A stretch of 64,000 nucleotides of DNA from Eledone cirrhosa (lineage: Eukaryota): the NCBI GenBank assembly GCA_964016885.1, contig OZ024743.1, positions 363,568,001 to 363,632,000 on the forward strand. The letters run 5' to 3'. The translations under genes and the position numbers were made by a program. The notes under the pieces were generated by a model that saw nothing but the letters and a program-made list of their open reading frames with translations, did not search any database and had not been told where the DNA came from. Numbering within the stretch: the stretch's first letter is position 1; each line of letters begins with the position of its first letter. This document shows positions 54,071 through 64,000 of the stretch, one piece after another.

Positions 54071-54240
54071 ATATATATATATAGGAAAATAGTCAGGACC
54101 CCGACGGCAGAGCTCCGACCGTTTCGACAGAGCCAGGCCGTTTGGATCTAGTTGTCGAAACGGCCGTACCTCTGCCGTCGAGGTCCTGACTTTTTTCCTA
54201 TTACCCACTCTACTACCCAAAATACTACATATCTCTGTTG

Positions 54241-54501
54241 GACGAACTGCGTGAAGTTTTGAAGCAGAAACGGCGTGGAAAGCTGAGCCGTGGTGTCCTG
54301 TTTTTGAAGGATAATACACCAACACACACAACACGTGAGACTCTACGGAAAATACGCAATTTTGGCTTCGAATTGGTAGACCACTCACCTTACTCTCCTG
54401 ACTTGGCCTCCTCCAACTATCACATATTTCCACAACTGAAGAACCATTACAAGGGGACAAAATTTCACTCCGATTCGGAAGTAATGGCTGCTACAGAGGC
54501 C
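54241..54501 (+). mobile_element. Mariner transposase C-terminal fragment
   Basis: FLKDNTPTH...[16 protein letters not shown] matches the HDNA and YSPDLAP.D motifs. Confidence 0.88.
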
Positions 54502-55269
54502 TAGCTGTCGAAACGGTCGGAGCTCAGCCGTCGGGACCCTGAATCTTTTCATATATACATATATATATATTTCTATCCATCTACATCTATCTCAATCTCA
54601 CTGTTTGTTTTTACTACTGCCATACTTACAACCTTGCCACCAATCGTCTTTCTGACCTTTTGGGGGAATTTGACCACTGATCTGCTCAGTTCACTCTGTT
54701 TACTATTCTCCTTACGGCTATTCTCCTGTATCAGTATATAGATATTGTGTCTTGTTCCCCTGACCTATAAACCGATAAGACCCAATCTGTATCGTTGTTT
54801 TCTTGTTCGGAGATCCCTGGTTTGTTTTGTTGCCGTAACACACGCATTAAACCAAAAATATGTTGACCTCTCTTTTTCACGCGAAACTATATGGCCGCCT
54901 GAGAGCTGATGAGGTTGACATGCGTCTGTACAGTGGTCTTGTAAATTTTGTGTTCTTAATCTCCACTCATTTTTTTAATTTGGTTTGCACTTGTTTTCCT
55001 TTCATTTTTCTTGCCTTATCACTCCTACATGCCAACACACTCCTCTCTTAATCATATATACTTTTCACCCGCCGAACCTCATAGCCTTTCGTTTTCACTG
55101 TCCAATATCTTCCGTTCTTATAGGTATTTTTACACGATTTCCATGCTATTTAATTAACGGCATTCAGTTGTTTTAACAGCTATTTCTCGCGTTTGCATTT
55201 CCCATTTTCTATGAATTTTATATGTATATATATATATATATATATGCATATATTAGGTGAATAAAATAA

Positions 55270-56535
55270 TAAAATTGAGGCTCTTCTTTTCCTTTGCGGC
55301 CTTCAGGAGCTTCTCCATCCGGTATGCCTCGAAGTCTCTCTTCAGTTGTTGACGTATCACTCTGCTGAGAAAGGAATATTCGAGGTGATCTTCAGGTGTC
55401 CGCTTCATCTTCTTCCTCTTCTCAAGCAACTTCATAGTTTCCTTCGAGACTCTCCCCTTCCGCTCCCTCGGACACACACCCTTAGCCTTCCTCAAGCACT
55501 CCTTCAGTTTCCTTATCAGTGAGTCGTAGTCAGCGTCTATGCCGGCTCCTTGACGCCACTTTTCCTGCATAATGGCTTCCTGCATCTGCGCCTCGTTGAA
55601 GACCCGGACGTGTTCTCCCTTCGACGCCAAATGCAGTGCCTTCTTCTCCCTCGTCCGGTCGATGACGATCCTCGCCCTCACCAGACGATGATCACTTCCA
55701 GTGTTGAATGGCGTTATGACGGAGACGTCCTGCAGTATGCGTCGCTTGTCGACAAAGATGTAGTCAATCTCGTTTCGGTGCTCAGAATTTGGCGATACCC
55801 AGGTCCATCTCTTCTCCTTCTTCTTCCTGAATAGGCTGTTTCTGATGTAGAGCCGTCTCGCCTCCGCCATGGTGACCAGACGCTCGCCTCTCTCATTTCG
55901 CTCTCCTAGGCCGAATCTTCTGACATACTCTTCCCCTTGCCGTCCCTATCCAACCTTTGGGACAAGAAGTGAACATGCGCCGAGACATTGAGAGGGAGAT
56001 CTCACGGAGAGTAAGGGCCGGATGGAAGGCGTTCAACGGTATAAGGGATGTGCTCAAGTGGAGGTTGGACAAGACCACCCGCGCCAACCTCTTCAATAGC
56101 CCAGTTTTACCTGCAATGTTATATGGCAGTGAAACTTGGGCTACAACGAAGAGAGAAGGGCAGAGGCTGGTAACGGCTCAAAGAGCCATGGAGAGATCAA
56201 TGCTAGGAATCTCATTGAGAGAGCACATCAGGAGCGAAGTCATACGACAGAAGTCCGGCGTGAGGGACGTTATCACGGAATATATGCACAGCAAGTTCAG
56301 ATGGGCTGGATACGTCGCCCGGTCCACCGATAATCGGTGGACCCGCGCAGTTGCCGAGTGGTACCCGCGCGAGCGGACGCGACCACTCGGAAGGCCTCCA
56401 CGAGGGTGGAGTTACGATTTGCAGAATACGATTGGGACTGCATGGATGAGGAAAGCACGATCCAGAGAGGAATGGACGGCGTGCTGTGACCAGAGGCGCC
56501 GATGGACGCCCGACAGACTGGTCGGTCAAGGTGAT
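55270..56535. mobile_element. RTE LINE with an inverted 5' segment (twin-priming-type structure)
   Basis: Minus 55270-55955 encodes the end of APE (WTWVSPN, EIDYI, SDHRLV); plus 55957-56535 encodes the RT C-terminus (MLYGSETW, RWAG) and the 3' end. Confidence 0.85.
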
Positions 56536-56989
56536 ATATATATATATATATATATCCAATATCCAATATATATATATCCAATCCAGGGCCGACTCACTCC
56601 TGTTGGAGGAACCCTCCCTCGTTGACCATCACCATTTTCTGTTTGTTTTGGTCATGTCAGAGGTGTAGCCGTACTCACCACGCTTGGCCAATTGCGAGTT
56701 GGTGAGACTACTTAACCCATAATGATGTTAAGACAGATGTTATGTTTACATAATTGTATTTATTGCATTAAATATGTTTACACAATTATGTTTACATGTA
56801 TTTAATGCAATAAATACAATTATGTAAACATAACATCTGTCTTAACATTATTTCGTAAATGGAAACTCCCTAACATTTGATCGCCACCACAATGCTGGAT
56901 ATATACGACTGAAGTGAAGTGCTTTTAGACTATTTAAACTGGATTATCTTCGCAAAGAAACAAAGTAACCTCCACAGATGAGCACCCTA

Positions 56990-57745
56990 ATTATCAGCAA
57001 GAAAGAATACACGAGAGTACCTTTCCAACAACAAATAACAAATATATGCCACGAAAGTTACCACACAAATCTCTAGGACCAGACTTAAAAAGTGATATTA
57101 AAATAGCATCGACCCAGTTCAGTGATACTTCCTCCACTCTCCAATAATGCAAAAGTTGTGAATAAAGCATTTCGATCTTCCTTTGTCCACCAAATTTCAA
57201 TATTTCTGAACTGATACCATCGATACCGGGAGATTTATTGTTATTTAATTTCTTCACAGCTGCGGTTATGTCATCTACTTATGGCTCAGAAAACATTTCT
57301 ACGGTGAGTGGAAGGTTGTCTTTTCTCTCATTTGCCAATATTCACACTTGATGACTGCGTGAATAGTGTTGGACCCAACGTTTCTGTATGAATATGACAT
57401 CCGTAAAGATTTGTTGTCCATCAATGGATCTCACTGGGAATATCGCTGTTTCTCTAGGACCAAATATCTTTTTTATATATGAAAAGAAGGTTTTAGAGTA
57501 TTTGCAATCTGCAGCTGCTTGGGCTTCATTGGCTTTCTGTTGCCACCAATTTTCCTTCATTTGCCGAAGAATGTGTTTGCACAACTCTTGTTTTTCACGC
57601 AGAAGTCTACACACTTCCAAGTTTCATTATCAGTAAACCAATCAGCTGCCTTCTTGGATTTGAAGTCCAAAGTGCTTGATGCAACTTCATAGACATGATA
57701 CTTGAAACTCTCCCAAAGTTTATCATCATCGAGAGTAATGCTCAT
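56990..57745 (-). mobile_element. Decayed RTE LINE fragment (linker to start of RT)
   Basis: KSPGIDGISSEILKFGG, CGNFRGIYLL..VGKVL, RWVQHY. Confidence 0.8.
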
Positions 57746-58281
57746 AAGTATATATATATATAAATGTGTCTGAGTGTGTGTGCGTGTGTGTAGGGAGAGG
57801 GAAAGAGAAAGAGGAAGAAAGAGAGAGGGAGAGAGAAAGAGAGATATAATCCCGACAGCGGCCATGATTGGTCTTATCCTCGGTCGCAGCAGCGCAAACT
57901 CATTCTCTATATGTGTATATATAAACCAGGATGGATTTAGTTTGAATCTAATTAGACCTTTACTCAATAGCGTACTCGATATGTGGGGTGGTAAAATATG
58001 GTTTTATTTTAAAGAGTCGGGACCCCGATGGCTGAGTTCTTTCCGTTTCAACAGCCAGTTCCAGACTAGTCTTAAACTAACTGTTGAAACAGCAAGAGCT
58101 CAGCCGTCCTAGTAAGAAATCACCTTGAATGTCTTTCTGATGAAGTACTTTCCTGAGGATTTCATATAAACGAAACAGCTCTAATCCCGTAGAAGTAATT
58201 TGTATAATAAAATAAGTATATCTATACGGAATGAATACATTTTTAACTGAGGTTACCTCATGATATACATCGGGAATCCAA

Positions 58282-58336
<55 letters not shown>

Positions 58337-58520
58337 AAACAAAGGGTTGTGTGGTTACTTGATAAAGTGTATTTAGAAATAAAAGGAAAGCACAAACAAG
58401 GTACAGGTTCCTTCTTCAGTTGTCTGCTGGAGGTCTCAGACATTGCAATACATTAAAGACAATATGTCTGTCTCCAGTGCGTCAATGACGTTTGTAAGTT
58501 ATTGGGGAAGGAAATATATG

Positions 58521-58590
<70 letters not shown>

Positions 58591-58707
58591 GAATTGGAAA
58601 AATTTGCTTTAAAATTTTAATTCCGTGAAATAACTATATATATTCCGATGGCCCGACTCCATGATTGAAATATATATATATATTTATTTGTACACACACA
58701 CACACAC

Positions 58708-58818
<111 letters not shown>

Positions 58819-59249
58819 TTTTACGTAATTCCAAAGGAAATATATATGTATGTGTGTGTGGGGGTTGTATGCATTTACCTCACTTCCTTAATTCTACTCT
58901 ACGTCTCCGAACCACTATCTATTTTGGCCTAGTCTAATCTTGTGTCTTTAGACACATCCCAAATGTTTGCTCTCCTGTTTTCTTTCTCTGCCCTCTGTTT
59001 ATACACTGTACCATTTATTTTACACATGTGATGTCATCTATTCCTGGTTTTCTTAAGGGCCAACTATCTCCAACCTCATTTCTTTCGCTCATAAATAACA
59101 ATGCCAACTGCTATAAATACATTATAAATGCTAGTCTTAATATAGATTAGCACGCACATGATTTTTTCATTCTTCTAAATGGTGCATAAATATATATAAA
59201 GGAGCGGGAGACCGTCAATTTCCGACGAGACAGTCGCAATTTTTCCATT

Positions 59250-59752
59250 AAAACCCTGTGGATGGAGCTTCAGGAAACCTCAGGAACCAAAATGCAGAGA
59301 GCATCCAGAGTGATCCGCCGATCTTTACGCATGTTTTCCTCAACCTTTGCGACTGTCTCGTCGGAAATTGACGGTCTCCCGCTCCTTTGTTCGTCGTGAA
59401 TTTCAGTACGACCGGCTGTAAACTCTCTACAGCACTTGCGAACGTTTTTGACATCCATGCACGACTGTCCATACACTTCCGTCAATCGGCGATGAATTTC
59501 AATCGGTTCAACGCCTTTTGCGTTCAAAAACCGTATAACTGCGCGAACTTCGCACTTGACGGTAGCGTTCAACGGGAGCTCCATTCTCAACGGCTGCCAA
59601 ACCAAGATTGAGCATCCCAGCGAAGCGCGCGCATGCTTGTTTGGGAGTGAAGGAAGCACCAATCACAACAGTGTTTGCCAACAGCCGTACGAACAGTTTC
59701 TCTGCGTCCCCATCGCTTTGGAGACCTTACTTTTGGGATTGCCCTCGAATAT
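59250..59752 (-). mobile_element. Mariner 5' half: TIR + N-terminal HTH of the transposase
   Basis: TIR-like TATTCGAGGGCAATCCCAAAAGTAAGGTCTCC; EVRAVIRFL...EIHRRLTEVYG...RSGRP...DRRIT. Confidence 0.88.
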
Positions 59753-59979
59753 ATATATTTGCAATATTCCTTAACATTCCAATACGGCTTGAACAAAACT
59801 TTAGACAATAAGTATATAACACATCCTTATATTTCCATGATTATCAAATGTGTATAGAGTTTGCAGAAATAAAACTTTGAAGGAATTTCGCCAGTCCGGC
59901 CTCCTGTCATTTTACTCAATAACACACACGCACACACACATATATTTATATATATGCATATATATATATTTATTTGTAA

Positions 59980-60059
<80 letters not shown>

Positions 60060-60339
60060 GATAACAAGTTATCGTTATAGGTAATCTAGTTAGAGGTTGT
60101 GAGTACTCTGCGTCGTGGATACTTTTAACGTACGGCTCTGTTTGACTCAACAAGATGCTTCCATAGTTAGGCAGCGAGTTCGCAGTAATTCCTATGTAGG
60201 TTATACTTGGAGTAATAACAGTGAAAGAATGAAGAGTAACATGGTTGGCGGTACAATAAGGGCTTTATTTCAAGTACTGACAATTGCTTCGTTGATCAGG
60301 TGACTCTAGAGGTCGTTAATTGCTTGATTATATATATAT

Positions 60340-60441
<102 letters not shown>

Positions 60442-60678
60442 CAAGCGATTAACGACCTCTAAACTCACCTGATCAACGAAGCAATTGTCAGTACTTGAAA
60501 TTAAAGAATTACCTATCAATGAATTTCCATTTCTATCAACCAATGACCTCTACCCATCCCATCCCCCCTACCCTCTCCTACCATCTGAAGAGGCCTATAA
60601 ATACCATATTTATTTTTTGATACCCAGATTCCTCATGATTTCTAAAGAATGAAAGAGTTCTAGTCCTGTAGAATCTCA

Positions 60679-60740
<62 letters not shown>

Positions 60741-60786
60741 TATTCCAGCCCGCCCGCCCCCTCAATCTATCTTATTTCTCATTCTT

Positions 60787-60822
60787 TCTTCTGATGAAGG
60801 TCTAGCGTCCGAAACGTTAAGA
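60787..60822 (+). ncRNA. Minimal hammerhead ribozyme motif
   Basis: TCTT-CTGATGA-aGGtC-tagc-GtCC-GAAA-CG-TT-AAGA. Confidence 0.7.
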
Positions 60823-60851
60823 CCTTCTTCTTGCTATATCACACACACACG

Positions 60852-60968
<117 letters not shown>

Positions 60969-61184
60969 ATTTGAAGATTAAAATCCAAAGGATAAATATA
61001 TATCAAATATATAAGAACCCTAGAGTAAATATTTATTAAAATAACATTAAAGTTTAAGCAAAGAATATATATATGTGTATTATTTTTATTTTTATTTTTA
61101 ATTTCATTCGCACCGTTTCCTTTCGCTATATGTCTCTCCACCACTCCCCTACACACCCTTTGAACTCTGTTCCCACACACTTCT

Positions 61185-61217
61185 CACCTGAGGAAGGGCT
61201 TATGCCCGAAACGTCGT
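61185..61217 (+). ncRNA. Minimal hammerhead ribozyme motif
   Basis: AC-CTGAGGA-a-GGGC-ttat-GCCC-GAAA-CG-TC-GT; downstream sequence matches 39550-39630. Confidence 0.7.
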
Positions 61218-61482
61218 TCCCCACCACCACCCCACTCTCCAGAGCGTGAAATTAATAAACATTCGTTGTACTGCCTCTCTGTTTTGTTCCTGTTCAAATT
61301 TTTCCATTATATATATATATATATAATTACATATATATACAGCTATATACATATATATATATATGTATAAAAGAGTATACATATATACATCTACACACAC
61401 ACATATATATGTAGGTACATTTATATATGTATATAAATATAGGTATATTTATATATGTATATATATAAATACATATATATAT

Positions 61483-61600
61483 ATAGAAATGGGTTTTACA
61501 GGACTAGAACTGTTTCATTCGGAGGAAATCATCAGAAAGTCGCTTTCTGATGATTTCCTCAGAATGAAACAGTTCTAGTCCTGTAGAAGCCATTTCTATA
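61483..61600. repeat. Hairpin of about 115 bp made of two inverted HHR cores; related copies at 22113-22170 and 60625-60680
   Basis: Centre AGAAAG-tcg-CTTTCT; CTGATGA-TTTC-ctca-GAAT-GAAAC at 61547-61570 and its mirror image. Confidence 0.85.
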
Positions 61601-61669
61601 TTAAATTACTTATACTTTGCTATGTATTGAGTACCTTACTTACTGTGGTTATCCCCGATTGGACCCGGG

Positions 61670-61784
<115 letters not shown>

Positions 61785-61828
61785 AATAACAGGAGGCTGG
61801 ACTGGTGTAATTCCTTAAAAGATTTATT

Positions 61829-61886
61829 ATACTATGATCATTTCAATGACCGGGTTCAGTATGAATCCGGTGACATCATCAGGTAT
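61829..61886 (-). ncRNA. Complete hammerhead ribozyme with a long stem II
   Basis: Minus strand: ATAC-CTGATGA-tgtcACCGGaTTCA-tac-TGAAcCCGGTcatt-GAAA-TGATCA-TA-GTAT. Confidence 0.75.
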
Positions 61887-62067
61887 TCGAAATATAACAA
61901 AGGAATATAATAGACAAAATCCATGGGGCTGAAAATCAGAGACATGGGGGCGACCGAACATTTAGCAGCTTCTACCCTGGTCGGCCGCCCTATTAAATCG
62001 AGGTTGACCATACGGAATGACCAGTTCTATCCAGTGGTGAACCAACATACCTAAATAAATATATATA

Positions 62068-62511
62068 TATAAATTAAATTAAGGTTGTCATGTCTGAGAT
62101 ACATGCGCCATATTCACTGCAGAATAAGCTCAAAGATTCCAATGAATAGATCCGAGCATTTTATATCAACTAGAAATATATTGACACATATATATATATA
62201 TAAAATAAACACATGCTGTGATTTACTGGTTAATTGGTGAAATATATTTTTTATTTAAAGAAATATATACAAAGGAGATTAATCATTTTAAAAGGTATCT
62301 ATATTTGAAGTTCTAGTTAAACTTTAATTACCTAACTACCTAACACACTTTACAAATTATTCCCTGAGATGGTTTCATGTGTTTATTTTTTATATATACA
62401 TGTGTCAATATATTTCTAGTTGATATAAAATGCTCGGATCTATTTATTGGAATCTTTGAGCTTATTCTGCAGTGAATATGGCGCATGTCTCTCAGACATG
62501 ACAACCTTAAT

Positions 62512-62522
<11 letters not shown>
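62068..62522. repeat. Inverted repeat with about 150-bp arms and about 160-bp spacer, bounded by (TA)n
   Basis: 62068-62216 is the reverse complement of 62377-62522. Confidence 0.88.
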
Positions 62523-62563
<41 letters not shown>

Positions 62564-62692
62564 CGAAGGAAATGTGGTAAGGAACCAGGTGGACCATAAC
62601 GCACCAAAGTACTCAATACTTGAGGTAGTAGAGTGGGTAATAGGAACCAGTAAGACCCCGACAGCTGAGCTCAAGCCGTTTCGACGGCTAAT

Positions 62693-62794
<102 letters not shown>

Positions 62795-62849
62795 ATATAT
62801 AAAAATAAGTAAAGACCCACTTCTTTCATGAGGGTCCATGGGGTTTATT

Positions 62850-63025
62850 CCTAGAAATTTCTCCCCATCCCCCAAGGCATGCCAGACAAGATCTGCAAAA
62901 CCTGCAGTCAGCCATACATACTAGCCACTAGCCTCCCTCTCCACGCTTCTTCCAATGTTGTTCTAGGCAAAGGCAAAGGTCGATACAGCTTGATACCAGT
63001 GACGTCACAACACATTTCTGCAGTG

Positions 63026-63071
<46 letters not shown>

Positions 63072-63199
63072 CATATTCTGAGTGAACAGGAACAACGTCA
63101 AATATAATGTCTTCCTCAAGGACACAATGCATCAATCGACTGCACAACCCCAGGATTGTGAATCCAACTCTTTAACTACTAACCCACTCACCTTCACAT

Positions 63200-63200
<1 letters not shown>
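62850..63200 (-). mobile_element. Degenerate SINE of a third family, interrupted by (TA)n
   Basis: Minus-strand head GTGGGTTAGTAGTTAAAGAGTTGGATTC...; GTGTCCTTGAG.AAGACA.T central motif. Confidence 0.5.
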
Positions 63201-63257
<57 letters not shown>

Positions 63258-63269
63258 GTGTGGGTGGGG

Positions 63270-63770
63270 GGAGCTAGATAAGGCTTTAGATTTCGCTAGT
63301 AATTTCACTAATATATATGATTTAGTTCGTTTAGTAATATCCCTCTGTAGAAAAACGGCCCCCTTTAATAAGTAGGGATCTTCGGCAAAGAAATCCATTA
63401 CCATTGGTTTATTTAATGTACCGATGGGATCATTTGGCAGTGCTAATGTATGCGATTTGGTGGGCATATTTATCTTAGATACCCTCCCCTGATTTCCATA
63501 CGGGTCTATACCGTGACGATGGTTTGGCACTGTTGAGCCATAAATGTGACCATGTCCTCGACACATTTAGAAAGAATCTGATAACCACATTTAGTTATCT
63601 AGGACTAAAAGTTAAAACATCTACCAACCTCAGCAGTGTTAATTTCTTAGACGTTAACTTAGACTTACGCACACGCACATTCAGACACTTTCACAAACCC
63701 AGTGAAAAACCTAAGTACATTCACAAGTATTGTAGTCACCCACATATAATCTTCTAAAATCTTAACAATA
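63270..63770 (+). mobile_element. Penelope-like reverse transcriptase fragment
   Basis: FNVPMGSFGSANVCDLVGIFIL, GLYRDDGLAL, VNFLDVNLDL...KP....YIH..CSHP. Confidence 0.85.
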
Positions 63771-63775
63771 ATTGA

Positions 63776-63954
63776 TTCTACTTTTGGCACAAGGCCAGCA
63801 TTTACCCAATTCATTACTGGTACTTTATTTTATCGACCCCGTAAGGATGAAAGGCAAAGTTAACCTCGGTGGGATTTGAACTCAGATTGGAAAGGGCCGT
63901 AACTCTATGCGTCAAAGCATGGCGTCCGACCCTCTACCGATACTGCCAATCCAT
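63776..63954 (-). mobile_element. tRNA-derived SINE; the tail of a second copy starts at 63967
   Basis: Reverse complement of the 24225 family. Confidence 0.9.
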
Positions 63955-64000
63955 CAATATTAACGATAATTGTTTCTACGTTAGGCACAAGGCCATCAAT

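Overview
Eukaryotic, repeat-saturated genomic DNA, most likely from an octopus or other coleoid cephalopod (inferred from the SINE families and the dense (TA)n/(CA)n/(CATA)n microsatellites). The only host gene is an even-skipped (Evx) homeobox gene on the minus strand. It has three coding exons (37433-37193, 33184-33024, 30658-30074; about 328 aa) with phase-compatible GT-AG junctions, and probably a further exon upstream. The rest is transposon-derived: a head-to-tail array of three Tx1-group LINEs joined by (TATC)n (one with an open ORF2), a decayed Helitron, an R4/Dong-like and a HERO-like RLE element, several RTE LINEs (one with three C-terminal C2H2 fingers, one with a twin-priming-type inversion), mariner fragments, tRNA-type SINEs with TSDs, an 18-copy 68/65-bp minisatellite and Penelope-like (PLE) RT and GIY-YIG fragments. 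The most striking hidden layer is about 15 minimal hammerhead-ribozyme (HHR) motifs from many families. Many lie in 100-750 bp non-coding fold-back elements embedded in (TA)n, and three carry the compensatory U3-A8 catalytic core. All calls were made by eye; no searches or folding were run.
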